From assembly GCA_965644495.1 (NCBI GenBank), contig CBFFSA010000004.1:806001-870000 (forward strand): a DNA stretch of 64,000 nucleotides. Direction: 5' to 3'. Position numbers and translations under genes: made by a program. The notes under the pieces were generated by a model. The model was not told where the DNA came from. It did not search any database and saw only the letters and a program-made list of their open reading frames with translations. Shown piece after piece: positions 40,962-51,534 of the stretch. This DNA is from Perkinsela sp. CCAP 1560/9 (lineage: Eukaryota > Protista > Euglenozoa: Kinetoplastea). How positions within the stretch are numbered: position 1 is the first letter of the stretch; every line of letters begins with the position of its first letter.

Positions 40962-42341
40962 ATGAATAGTAAACTTCCAATTAAGTCACAGGAAGAGAAA
41001 AGTATTCGTCGGTCATACGGTTCGACTATTAGCATTCCTGCTTCCCGATTTTCGAAAATAATCCCGAGGAAAATTGATTCATCCCCGAACGACTTCATTA
41101 AGCCTCGAGTTCCACACAGACAAATGCAGTCTGCAACTCCCTACCCTGGCTATGAAAGAAAAGACGTTGCGTTCTCTTCCCTTCGCACTTTTTCGGGGAA
41201 TTCACCCCAAGTGCAGTGCCCTTTGATAGCTGCCGAACCTGAAAAGTTGTGCCCAGGGGCTTCCTCCGAACAATCAAACTTAGGTGACACTTTGCTAAAT
41301 CACACGACAGAGAATCCGGATATAAAAGCCGAAGAAAGCATAGGCAACCTTGAGTCAAGCCCTCGGGTCAAAGCTGTATCTCCTATCTCATCTTTTCCTC
41401 GCCAGTTGAATTTCACCCCCGGCACGATCGAGAAACAATTCAGTCACTTTGTAAGAACGCCGATTCAAAAAGAGAGTCAAGCAGATAAGGAGAACACTTC
41501 CTCTTTACACAATGTAAAACGTGCGACTCCAACTCCAAAAGCTCAAAGATCGGCAAGAAAAGAGAGCACTGCGGCTCCACTATCATACTACAAGAAGTGG
41601 CAGGATTGTTTAGAGGAAAAACAGAAACTAATCCACGAGAAAATTTGTCTGCAGGGGAGAAACACCGAACTTAGGAAACGAATATTACACTTGAAAACGC
41701 TTCTTCGAACTTCAGAATCCAAAAGAGATGTTGCGCATGTTGCGAACTCTACCCTTTCATTACGTTACGGCATATTGGGACAAATAGGCGATCTTGCCAT
41801 TAACCAAGCTGAAAAAATTCTAGCAGATATGCGAATTCGTAAACTGGCGCCACCTCTATATGGAAACGCAAGGAAATCAGGTGGAATCGACAAAGTCAGT
41901 GGCAATCCTCTCAAAAGCGACCAAAGGAGTATACCGAAAGCGAAAGGAGATCCTACCTTGGGTGCTGCGTTCGCATCTCGTGATTCATTGGGTGCAGATC
42001 ATGACACAATTAATCTCGCGGAACAGAAGTCACAGGTGTATGAGACTACGATGGAAAATAAACTGATGCAGGAACGTGACCTGTTTCGTAGCCTGTTGCG
42101 TGAAGTATTGATCGAGAAAATGTCACAAAATGTGGAACTACGCGAGTACCACGAGTCTCACATAGCCCTAAGAGAGGAAATCAGTGCACTGAAACTGGAA
42201 ATTAGTACGATGCATCGAATCAGTGGTGAACGTGAGAAGCCATTGGCGTCGATTGCCACTGAGAAAGCCTGTCGTTTACAACGTACGGAGACTTATGAAA
42301 AAGCTTTATTAGCATCTTTTACTGTACCGCCAAAGACATGA
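40962..42341 (+). CDS. Hypothetical coiled-coil protein with S/P-rich N-terminus
   Basis: 459-aa ORF on the coding strand with two heptad-rich regions. Confidence 0.7.
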   Translation: MNSKLPIKSQEEKSIRRSYGSTISIPASRFSKIIPRKIDSSPNDFIKPRVPHRQMQSATPYPGYERKDVAFSSLRTFSGNSPQVQCPLIAAEPEKLCPGASSEQSNLGDTLLNHTTENPDIKAEESIGNLESSPRVKAVSPISSFPRQLNFTPGTIEKQFSHFVRTPIQKESQADKENTSSLHNVKRATPTPKAQRSARKESTAAPLSYYKKWQDCLEEKQKLIHEKICLQGRNTELRKRILHLKTLLRTSESKRDVAHVANSTLSLRYGILGQIGDLAINQAEKILADMRIRKLAPPLYGNARKSGGIDKVSGNPLKSDQRSIPKAKGDPTLGAAFASRDSLGADHDTINLAEQKSQVYETTMENKLMQERDLFRSLLREVLIEKMSQNVELREYHESHIALREEISALKLEISTMHRISGEREKPLASIATEKACRLQRTETYEKALLASFTVPPKT

Positions 42342-42650
42342 GATGGTTCTGCCTTCTTCCACAAACTTAGAACTGAAAGTGGCGATGACGAGGCTTTACT
42401 TGAAGTGCTTGCCCCGGTATTTGATGCTTCCGTCATAAAATACATCCAAATTGCCAATGTAGAAAAAAAAAAGAGTTCTCTAGATTGACCTCTAGATTGG
42501 TTGCCCGTATGTGGATGACCAAATTTTGTACAAAGGGGGAGATAATTCTTTTTATTTATGAAGTACGTAATAGTAATGTACATTCGGATTTGTGGGAGTA
42601 AATTAGAAAACCCGAGCCCCTTTTTTTGTTAATAATCTAACAATTAACGC

Positions 42651-42848
42651 ATGCACCTTCAGTATTACCTGGAAAACGGAAAGCGTGTTTACACTCTAAA
42701 GAAAGTTTCTCCGAGCGGCGAAGCTACTATTTCTGCTCATCCTGCGAAATTTTCTCCTCACGACCCGTACAGCGAGCAGCGCCTGATGATCAAAAGACGA
42801 TTTCGAATTCTCCGTCGAAAGAAAAGGGTCAGGGAAGCGTCGTCTTAG
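42651..42848 (+). CDS. NOP10: H/ACA snoRNP subunit Nop10
   Basis: [18 protein letters not shown]...[24 protein letters not shown]. Confidence 0.96.
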   Translation: MHLQYYLENGKRVYTLKKVSPSGEATISAHPAKFSPHDPYSEQRLMIKRRFRILRRKKRVREASS

Positions 42849-43154
42849 TCTTTTTTAGCAATTTTTTTATAGTTTTTATGACGATTATACTCCCGTTTTA
42901 TTGCATGTAAAATTACGTAATCATTGGGACACTGGGTCTCCCGCCACAAGCATTTGGAACTAGCGTTTGAAACTCAACAAACTCTGTATAAATACGCATA
43001 TGTTTTTCACAATTACAGTCGACATACAAACTTCATGTTCAGGAATCAAGTTCGAATCATTATGGCTATTTAACAGCACTACAGATGTGGAAAGAAATAT
43101 CATTGAACTTACAGCTCCTTTTTCACTTTTAAAGAGCTTTTTTAAAGTACTACA

Positions 43155-43793
43155 ATGTCACGCCTTTGTACCTTCCAGGACGACCTTCCGCTTCTCCGGA
43201 CGTCCAAAATCCGTCACGTCGGATTTCCTGTAGAATACGAGATGGAGCGTTTTCTGCAAGGGGTGTTTGAACAACACAACTCATGGAGTGCGCACATTCC
43301 CATCGCTGAGTGGCATGGGATCGAGGTAGGGAAGGGCTCGAAGGCCTCCGCAGTGTTAGAAGTGAATTGGCGTTCTCAGCGTATCCGTGGGATCCCGCAG
43401 TGGTCTTTACTTCCCAAATCGGTCCGAAAATTGGATGTCGGGAGTAACAGTCTGACGGGGGAGATTGATCTTGCTGCGTTTCCACGAGAAATGAGGCACT
43501 TGTATCTTTGCTACAATGAGTTTCACGGACACATCGATTTAAACGCATGTCCACCGGAATTGCTCCATTTGTATCTCAATCATAACCATTTCTCTGGCCC
43601 CGTGAGGTTGGCATCACTGCCATCTAACATCCAGTTTCTTCACTTGGGAAGTAATCGGTTCGGAGGCATAGCAGATGTAGAGCACCTACCTGTAACTTTA
43701 ATTACATTGGATTTAACGCACAACGGTTTCCGAGGCTTTGCTCCTGAGGATATACCGGACAACGTGCGAGTTGGACACCAAATCGTGGCATAG
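43155..43793 (+). CDS. Short LRR protein (copy 4)
   Basis: FPVEYEMERF N-terminal motif, WHGIE cap, five LP..L..NxFxG repeats. Confidence 0.88.
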   Translation: MSRLCTFQDDLPLLRTSKIRHVGFPVEYEMERFLQGVFEQHNSWSAHIPIAEWHGIEVGKGSKASAVLEVNWRSQRIRGIPQWSLLPKSVRKLDVGSNSLTGEIDLAAFPREMRHLYLCYNEFHGHIDLNACPPELLHLYLNHNHFSGPVRLASLPSNIQFLHLGSNRFGGIADVEHLPVTLITLDLTHNGFRGFAPEDIPDNVRVGHQIVA

Positions 43794-44182
43794 TAAAAGG
43801 CAAATCGTGGACGTAGCACACTGGAATACGTAAACTACATGTTCTCGGAAAATGGGCGTCGTTTAACAGATTATTAATAAAAAATCTCGCCTTATTCGTC
43901 TTGAAGGCCGTTTTTTATTTTGAAGACATTTGAATACATCCAACACATGCGAGTATGAGCAGCTACATGTACATGTATGTAGGTGAGGAGACGATAAACA
44001 TGTTGTATTAGCTACGAGAACATAAAGCCATCAAGCTTCCGACGTGTTTAATTTATCATTTCAGGTGGTAAATATGCATTTAAGAAAGTAAATACATGTG
44101 TATGTACGTGAGTAACAGAAAATAATCATGATAAAACTGATAATTTGATATGAAGCAAACATGAATCTCAGGGAAGGATACA

Positions 44183-45451
44183 ATGTGCGAAATTGCAGAG
44201 CGACGTGCAACCGAGAAACGATTGTTGGAGTTTCTTGACGGGAATGTTTGTAGTGAAACGTCATCGTCACTTCTAGCCATCTTGTGGCACGAGCTGTTCG
44301 GTTACCCTACCTTATGGAAATCCGTGTGTCCTTTCCATGTTGGGATTATCGAATACTGTGATTCAAGGAAAGATTCTTTTCCCTTTGGCATTCCTTTGTG
44401 TACCCGTCCCACACAGGAACTGCTGTCAAATTACTACGATTTCGAAGGTCACAAACTAAATCTTTGCGCTGCTCGATTCCTGTGCTCATTAAACCAGCAA
44501 GCTCATCTTTTTGAACTTAATAGAGACGTCTCAATCGAAAGCGAAAGTTTAGCGAGTTTTTACTTGTCTGACTTCTTGGAGGACAGATTTTACATTATTG
44601 AAGGAAGAGATCCGAGTTTTTATGGACGAAAACATTTTCCCATGGAATCCCGTAGAACGAAGTGGTACGGCCCGTCCTTTGTAGGTCGATACTTTGCTTT
44701 AAGAGTATCCTGTGCAGGTCCTTCGCTACTCTTGCCCATTTCTGAGACAGAATTCGAATCCTGTGTAGAATTTCTACGGCGAAAAGCAGTGCGCGACGAC
44801 TTATCTGCCTCAAGATACTTATTTCAGGATACACGTCCGTCTTATTCTCTGGACGGTCCGCTTGAGTCCCCCTGCGCGCGTTCAGTTACCACACGGTATC
44901 TATGTGCTCTATCTGATGATAGAAGAAAAAATCATGCTAGCGGGTCCACAGAAATGCCATTTCTAAGTTACCAAGAATATTGCGATGCTCAAAATTCAGT
45001 GAATGGTAGGAGACAGTTCAGTAAAAAAGATTTTTCAGGCGTCTCTATGGCATTAGCATTTAATGCACGAAATAATGACGTATTGATTCCCTCTCAGATA
45101 GACGGGGTCAAGAGAAGTTACTGTCTTCTTGGAGCAACTGTCGGTGCTCTGCTTTTCTTATATAGATTTGTCCCATCGTGTTACTATTCACCCTACCTAT
45201 CGTATCTTGTGCACAAGCATGCACCACTAAAGACGGTCTTCTCAAATCTATTCTTACCTACAGATCCCGTAGCAACGTTGACCACGTTTGAGAGCCTCCC
45301 GCCTTCACTAGAGCCCTATGTTGACTCTGTACACCTGACGCCAGGTTATTTGTTTTGTCGGTTTGGTTCGACTGCCCTACGATTTCTACAGAGCAATATG
45401 ATTTCTACAGGTCATGTTACTAATACAAATTCGTCTTATCATTTTACATAA
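44183..45451 (+). CDS. Hypothetical protein
   Basis: 422-aa ORF on the coding strand. No recognised motif. Confidence 0.6.
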   Translation: MCEIAERRATEKRLLEFLDGNVCSETSSSLLAILWHELFGYPTLWKSVCPFHVGIIEYCDSRKDSFPFGIPLCTRPTQELLSNYYDFEGHKLNLCAARFLCSLNQQAHLFELNRDVSIESESLASFYLSDFLEDRFYIIEGRDPSFYGRKHFPMESRRTKWYGPSFVGRYFALRVSCAGPSLLLPISETEFESCVEFLRRKAVRDDLSASRYLFQDTRPSYSLDGPLESPCARSVTTRYLCALSDDRRKNHASGSTEMPFLSYQEYCDAQNSVNGRRQFSKKDFSGVSMALAFNARNNDVLIPSQIDGVKRSYCLLGATVGALLFLYRFVPSCYYSPYLSYLVHKHAPLKTVFSNLFLPTDPVATLTTFESLPPSLEPYVDSVHLTPGYLFCRFGSTALRFLQSNMISTGHVTNTNSSYHFT

Positions 45452-45549
45452 AAAGAGAATGTGCACTCACGGTTATTTTTTCAGGTTATTTGTCCGGGAG
45501 AAAATAAAAAAAGAATTCATACTTTTTGAATCAAACATATGGACATTGA

Positions 45550-45921
45550 GTGGATTCTATTGAACTACCGAGGGAAAATTGGTATATCAGAAATTGGAAA
45601 ATATCTTTTAAGAACACTTGCATGAAAACTGTGTCACTTTCGGAATGTGACCCAATTATTTGCGCCACAGCTTTGGAACAACTTATTTCTGTTCCTCCAC
45701 ACGGGCCGTTTCTTTGGATCGCAGCGCTCGCCGTGCGGGATGTTATTGCCGAACGGCACCAGGTTTCCGTATCACTCACGGATGCGCTACAGTTTATCCG
45801 AGCACACTACAATCCAACCCATATGCAAAGTTACAGCTCGTTCTACTCCGTCCTTGGCGGATCAGATTCTCACTTGACGTCGGGTTACTGGAAGCCTGAT
45901 GCTGAGTTGAGGCTTGAGTAG
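45550..45921 (+). CDS. Possible short hypothetical protein or gene fragment
   Basis: 123-codon frame, first ATG at 45622. No motif. Confidence 0.25.
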   Translation: MDSIELPRENWYIRNWKISFKNTCMKTVSLSECDPIICATALEQLISVPPHGPFLWIAALAVRDVIAERHQVSVSLTDALQFIRAHYNPTHMQSYSSFYSVLGGSDSHLTSGYWKPDAELRLE

Positions 45922-46368
45922 ATGTCGGGTCTCCATATTCCAAACTTTGAATTACTACACGTGTGCTACACGTGTAGTAAGTGATAAAGTGACCCCCGTC
46001 TTCGTATGTTTGAAGTCGTGGCAGTGAATGTTGAAGACTTGTGGCGCAGATGTACCGCCTTTTTCGTGTAATCGTCGTGTAGACAGCTGTACAGCATTCG
46101 TACTGCCTCCCTTGAAGCGGATATATGGGTTGAACAGGCTTGTCAAAGGTTGCGCAAGTTTTTTTCGCCAGACAGAAGATATTGTTTTATCGTCCTTTGT
46201 ATCAAGTTAGTTACCTGTATGTGTCTTTAGTATTCGCTTATGTACAGTAAGCCTGTATCTTAGTACAATATTTGCTACTTCTCACAAGCCACGTAAGCTA
46301 GAAAACGTGCCAATTAAACACACTTCAACATCGTTCCAAAGTTCCGATTAATTTCAATAGTCTAATTT

Positions 46369-46563
46369 ATGGGCAAAGTACACGGATCACTCGCTCGTGC
46401 AGGAAAGGTCCGGAATCAAACCCCAAAGGTTGCCAAGAAAGAGAAAATGAAGGCGCCGCGTGGAAGGGCAAAGAAAAGACTGCTTTATAAGAAGCGAAAC
46501 ATAATGACTGCTATGGTTCCCGGTCAAAAGAGGCGCGCCAATCCTCAAAGCGTTACCAAATAA
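46369..46563 (+). CDS. RPS30: 40S ribosomal protein S30 (eS30), no ubiquitin-like leader
   Basis: [23 protein letters not shown]...[14 protein letters not shown]. Confidence 0.97.
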   Translation: MGKVHGSLARAGKVRNQTPKVAKKEKMKAPRGRAKKRLLYKKRNIMTAMVPGQKRRANPQSVTK

Positions 46564-47367
46564 GCGCCATTTTAATGAAGACACATCCTGCGAAAAAACA
46601 ATTCGCACAGCGAGCTGCAACGCGGTCAAGAAGTGGGTAAAAAGTATTCAAGTCATTTGTAATGTTTAGCGTAGAAAAAGGTCTGCGAATGTATGTTTTC
46701 CTATATTGTATTAGGCTTCGGTTCACAGAAATAAAGGAAATTTTTTGCTAAACTAAAAAAGTATTTTTCAAAGTTCGAAAGGCCATTAGTACTTCGGATG
46801 CGGACTATACTTATTAGATTGTCGGTGAAGAAGTGTTCTTCTACTCAAGAATCATTAGGTTGCTCTATCTTTGTTTCTAGCATTCCTCTACATGTCATTC
46901 GTTGTTCAGTCGAAGAAGAAGTTTGTGATGAAATTTTCCTGTGATGAATTTAGCTGCGAAGATATTCAGATGTGTGAGGTAAAACATTGAATAAAAGGTA
47001 GCAACATTGAATGTTGCTGGAACAAGAAAGTCGTAGATTTTTTTTACTTGCCTTAGTCTACAGGGAGTTGAATTTTTAAGTCGTTTTGTTGGAAAAGCGG
47101 ACCATTATGACTGCACTGTCAGTGATTGGTCTCTGGGGCACTTTTCGCGGAGCTGCCGAGAAAGCAAATGCTATATCAAGAAGAACGGCCTTTCATGATC
47201 CCAAGGGAATTGAAACATCTGTTTTGTGACATTTTGATGAATCGAGGTCTATTCTTTGGCTGTTCGTAGGAAATATTATGGATCCCCGCTTTTTACCATT
47301 TTGTAAGACCCAATTTTTAACCAGGGAAAAGAGCGACGATTCGTAAGAATCGGTAAATCGGCTGCGG

Positions 47368-48009
47368 GTGCAATCACAGAAAAGGAATGAAGAATATTCA
47401 TTCAAGTTGTTTTCTCGCCTAATGGTGGCTCTACAAACCTGTTTGGCGGCTGATTTGTTCCGTTCGTGCGATATTGTGTGTGTTCTAATTCCCGGGGTGA
47501 CGATCAGTGTCTCCGAACTTCAGGTTTTTAGAACTTTGTATGCATTAAAAAGGAATCCGAAAGGCTTACTCGCGATGCATGTGGGCGAGAGCGACTCAAA
47601 GACTTTGACACACAGAGGTTCAAGTGAGCTTCATGTTACATCTGATGAAATGAATCAGAGCGTGGGTTCATGCCGTTCTGAGACACCTTATTTGGTGTTC
47701 CTTGTGTGTTCCGAGGAGTCGCAGATAGCTGCGTATTTCGCTACAACGTTTCGCCGTTCAATGCAGGCTTGCGGCTTATGTGCCCCTGATGACGGGCAGA
47801 CCTCTATACGAAATGATCGTGTATCTTCAAAATCCACACGATACTTGTTTCGGACGGCGCAGGTGGCATTTCACTGTGTCATGCAAACAGACTTTGATGG
47901 CATATGTGGCTACTTGGACAGAATTCGTCAAACTTTTCTTCAAGCTGCTGGACGTTACGAAGAATCAATCCAACGCTATGCCTCACTCACTTTCAGATGG
48001 AAGGCGTAG
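47368..48009 (+). CDS. Hypothetical protein (overlaps a second + frame 47780-48391; possibly one frameshifted gene)
   Basis: 213-codon ORF on the coding strand. No motif recognised. Confidence 0.4.
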   Translation: MQSQKRNEEYSFKLFSRLMVALQTCLAADLFRSCDIVCVLIPGVTISVSELQVFRTLYALKRNPKGLLAMHVGESDSKTLTHRGSSELHVTSDEMNQSVGSCRSETPYLVFLVCSEESQIAAYFATTFRRSMQACGLCAPDDGQTSIRNDRVSSKSTRYLFRTAQVAFHCVMQTDFDGICGYLDRIRQTFLQAAGRYEESIQRYASLTFRWKA

Positions 48010-48654
48010 AAATGAATACGAAGATAACGCCACTTTTCAACTCAGGAGCGATCACGAGCTGCGGTTCCTTCATCAAACCTTGAAATACGGCCATGAGGTG
48101 CGTCGTGTAATAGAAGATAATTTTTTAGGGAAAGAGTACGACACCCTTGATTTCAGTGGAGCTTCTACTCATAAATGCGCAACGAATCAGAAGCATGAAG
48201 AAGGCGTCTCAATAGCCTTAGAGAAACAAGCGTCCGAGATTATACATTGGCATAGTCATCGTGATAACTGGCTTAATACTCACTCAACAAATGATATAAA
48301 AAAAGAATTCAGGAAAAATTCAGGGCTAAAGGATGCTCAGTTTAAGTCAGCTAGTAGGCGACCTTTAAGAAATGTACCCACCGAGTCCTGAAATTTCAGG
48401 ACTCAATCCAAAATTTTATTTTAACTTTAGCAAAAAGTGTGGCAAATAAGACCTACTTTGACATACAATAGTCTCCAATATTACAGTATTCTAAACAGAC
48501 AGAGGTTTACTTATATCAAAATAGCTGGAACATGCATTTCCCCAATCTCCATTCGAATTAGCTCGAATCCTTTGAAACGATTTTTCAAAAGTCGTTGCGT
48601 CTTAGAAATGAGAAGCTGCTGCAGTGCACGGAACATATTAACTTTTGATTGTTG

Positions 48655-48806
48655 ACGTACAACTCTGTGAGAGCTCTCCAATCCCATCCAAAGGGCGCTA
48701 TTATTTCCTGAAACAGAACAAATTTTGCACAATTTGACCCCCACCCCCACATTTAAGTGCCACCTCCTATAATTATTCTAGAATTTTATAGAATTTTTCA
48801 CCCCCT
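48655..48806. mobile_element. Degenerate solo TIR of the Tc1-like family
   Basis: TACAACTCTGTGAGAGCTCTC...GCGCTATTA...GACCCCC...TTTTCACCCCCTG resembles 52812-52911. Confidence 0.6.
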
Positions 48807-49018
48807 GGCCTGTCTCGGAGGTAGGACGTACAGCCTGTAGGTCAACAAACTTTGCAGAGGATGGATTTTTACAGCTAAAGGAATGGAATTATCAAATTCA
48901 TATGTACCTTCTGCATTGCTTATTTTAGAACACGCGGAGAATAAGAAGAATATACTCACCACGATTCCACTATTTCTGATAACGACGCCTTTTCCTCTTC
49001 TCGTTTACCCTTTCATCC

Positions 49019-50878
49019 ATGTCCCACTTCATTAACGGGTACCCCGTCCCCGAACGGCTAACCGAAAAGCAAATCCGATCCCTATTCCCCAAAGGCATCC
49101 TGGGCCTCACCACATCCTCCGGTATCCCCATCTTCCCCTCCCCCAACGGCGATCTCCTCCTCACCGCCGAGGAAACCCACTACACCCTCCCCGGGGCTAA
49201 CTCCCTCCTCCCCCACCTCACCTCCACCGCCACCTCCGCCTCCACCCCCTCAAGCCCCACCCAGGACGACTCCCTCATCACCCCCCACGCCCAAGGACCA
49301 CAACGGTTCTCCCAACAGTGGGCCCACAAGGGCAAGGTTCTCCAAGACCGGGTCCATGACCACATCACCATGCCCCCCCTCCTGATCACGTTTATTGACA
49401 CCCCCGAGTTCCAACGGCTCCGTGGGCTGCGACAGCTCGGCTCCACCCACTACCTCTACCCCGGTGCCACCAACACCCGATTCGAACACTCCCTGGGCGT
49501 CGCCTTCCTCGGCGGCGTAATGGTACGACACATCCGGAAGCACCAGCCCGAGCTCCGGGTGGATTACCGTGATGAGATGGCCGTGATGCTCGCGGGCCTG
49601 TGTCATGATTTAGGACATGGCCCGTTCTCCCATCTGTTTGAGGAGTTTGTGAATCGCACAAGGGGTAGTCCGGGGAATAATAGTGGTGGTGGGAGTGGTA
49701 CGTCCTTCCCACGATGGCGTCATGAGGATATGTCGGTCCGTGTGTTTCGGCATATTATACAAAAGCATGAGATTCGGTTTGAGGATTTTGGATTGCTGGA
49801 GGAGGACATACAGTTTGTGACACATCTGATTAAAGGGGTGAAGCCAGGACATCGGGCTCCGATGGGAAGCCGATCCGAGACGAAACGGTTCTTATTTGAT
49901 ATTGTCTCCAACAAGCGAAATGGGATAGATGTGGATAAGCTGGACTACTTTATGCGGGACAGTGCGTGTTGCTGGGGTCGCGTTGCTGTGGACTGTCACA
50001 TCAATCGTTTGATTAAGTCAACCCGTGCGGTCAATTTCAACAGTGAGTGGCAAATTTGCTTTGAGGAGAAAATGGCGCTGAGCCTTGGAGACATTTTCAG
50101 TCTTCGAGCGAAGTTGCACAAGTACGTGTACCAACACCGCATTGTGAAAGTAATTGACCACATGATTTTGAATGTCTTAGAGCTTGCGGAGGGTCACTAC
50201 ATGATTCTGGGCGGCGGGGGCCAGTCCTACAGTATCGGGGCATGTGTCGATGACATTGACGCGTATGTCCGCCTGGGTGACTGGATACTGGACGCCTTGG
50301 AGGCCTGCCCCTCGACGGCTCTTTTACCCGCTCAGGCGATAATTTCCCGTATACGGGCCCGGGACTTCTACCACTTAGCCGGAATCGCGGCCTATCGCAG
50401 TGGGGAAGTACCTCGCGCGGAGATTGAGATTACGCATGAGATTTTAACCCATCTTCCACCACAGAGCACGGTGATAACGATGAGCGACGTGGTTGTTCAC
50501 GTGACGCGCATCACGTACGGTAGCAGTGACCATCAGGGAGCCGCGGATGATCCCATAAGCCATGTAGGATTTTTTAACCCCAAAAAGAACCAAGACGAGG
50601 CATTTCACTTGAGTGCCAAGCGAAAAAGCCCTCTTTTTACTCCCACAGCATTTGAGGAAAGTACAGTGTTTGTGTATGCCAAGGCTCCGGAGCATTTACT
50701 TCCAGTCACGCTAGCCTTTGAGGCGTGGAAAGAAGACAATTGTGAACTTTTCTCAACCCCTGTCCCAACGATGAACTTTACGCCTAGTATGAAACGTCGA
50801 GCCCTGGAGTCATCTATTACACGGCGAGAGGTTGCGCAAATGCAACTTTCTCAGCCCTCACTTACACCGCCCGAATGA
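49019..50878 (+). CDS. SAMHD1: HD-domain dNTP triphosphohydrolase, SAMHD1-like
   Basis: IDTPEFQRLR.LRQLG...YPGATNTRFEHSLGV, AGLCHDLGHGPFSHLFE, IVSNKRNGIDVDKLDYFMRD, RAKLHKYVYQH. Confidence 0.94.
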   Translation: MSHFINGYPVPERLTEKQIRSLFPKGILGLTTSSGIPIFPSPNGDLLLTAEETHYTLPGANSLLPHLTSTATSASTPSSPTQDDSLITPHAQGPQRFSQQWAHKGKVLQDRVHDHITMPPLLITFIDTPEFQRLRGLRQLGSTHYLYPGATNTRFEHSLGVAFLGGVMVRHIRKHQPELRVDYRDEMAVMLAGLCHDLGHGPFSHLFEEFVNRTRGSPGNNSGGGSGTSFPRWRHEDMSVRVFRHIIQKHEIRFEDFGLLEEDIQFVTHLIKGVKPGHRAPMGSRSETKRFLFDIVSNKRNGIDVDKLDYFMRDSACCWGRVAVDCHINRLIKSTRAVNFNSEWQICFEEKMALSLGDIFSLRAKLHKYVYQHRIVKVIDHMILNVLELAEGHYMILGGGGQSYSIGACVDDIDAYVRLGDWILDALEACPSTALLPAQAIISRIRARDFYHLAGIAAYRSGEVPRAEIEITHEILTHLPPQSTVITMSDVVVHVTRITYGSSDHQGAADDPISHVGFFNPKKNQDEAFHLSAKRKSPLFTPTAFEESTVFVYAKAPEHLLPVTLAFEAWKEDNCELFSTPVPTMNFTPSMKRRALESSITRREVAQMQLSQPSLTPPE

Positions 50879-51042
50879 AAAAGTCAACTTATTTTTGGTT
50901 ATATTGACGGATTGTGCACGTTTCTCTCTCTCTCTCTCTTAAAGGAAGACCTTATTGTACGATATTCCAAATTTCTGTTACTGCCTTGTAACCCTTCTTA
51001 TTTCTTTCAGTTACAAGGAGAAAGCATAATAATACTATACCC

Positions 51043-51362
51043 CTCCCGCTTATGAGTTCCCCCAATTCTGGTACGCTTATGAGTTCTTTTTTCTAAGGCG
51101 AATGTTTTTGTACCCACTTTTCGCGAAGCGATTTTTTTGGCTCGGAACGAAAATTCATAAAATTCCCAACAACTGTACGTCAGGCTGCTCTACAGAATCG
51201 CTCACAGAGCGGATAATCTTTTTAGCGCCAGTATCATTGTCAAGGAGAACCCGCGACGCGAAGCGCCACGGGCCCGAATTTTCGCGTTTTCATGGCTCGA
51301 TTTCTGGCATGGTACCTTATGAGTACCTTTTTCTCAAAACCGGGGAACTCATAAGCAGGGAG
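51043..51362. mobile_element. ~320-bp MITE-like element with ~20-bp TIRs and subterminal repeats
   Basis: CTCCCGCTTATGAGTTCCCC / GGGGAACTCATAAGCAGGGAG, plus internal GGTAC(G)CTTATGAGT repeats at ~51070 and ~51312. Confidence 0.65.
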
Positions 51363-51534
51363 TTAAGTGTTCATTTACTTATAGTACAGATATTTAAGCT
51401 TCATCGGAAAAATTAAGCGAACTTAATAATGCGCGCACAATACGCGCTTTCCGACGACTATCATTCCCCATCACCCGCCGCAGCGTCATTCGCGTTCCAA
51501 GAAGGAGAATCACGGTTTTGAAAGATAATACATA

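Noticed and set aside
46920-46990. C/D-box snoRNA (two GTGATGA)
   Set aside because: No suitably placed CTGA D box or terminal stem.
50922-50939. (CT)n tract after SAMHD1
   Set aside because: Short microsatellite or ordinary polypyrimidine tract, not distinctive.
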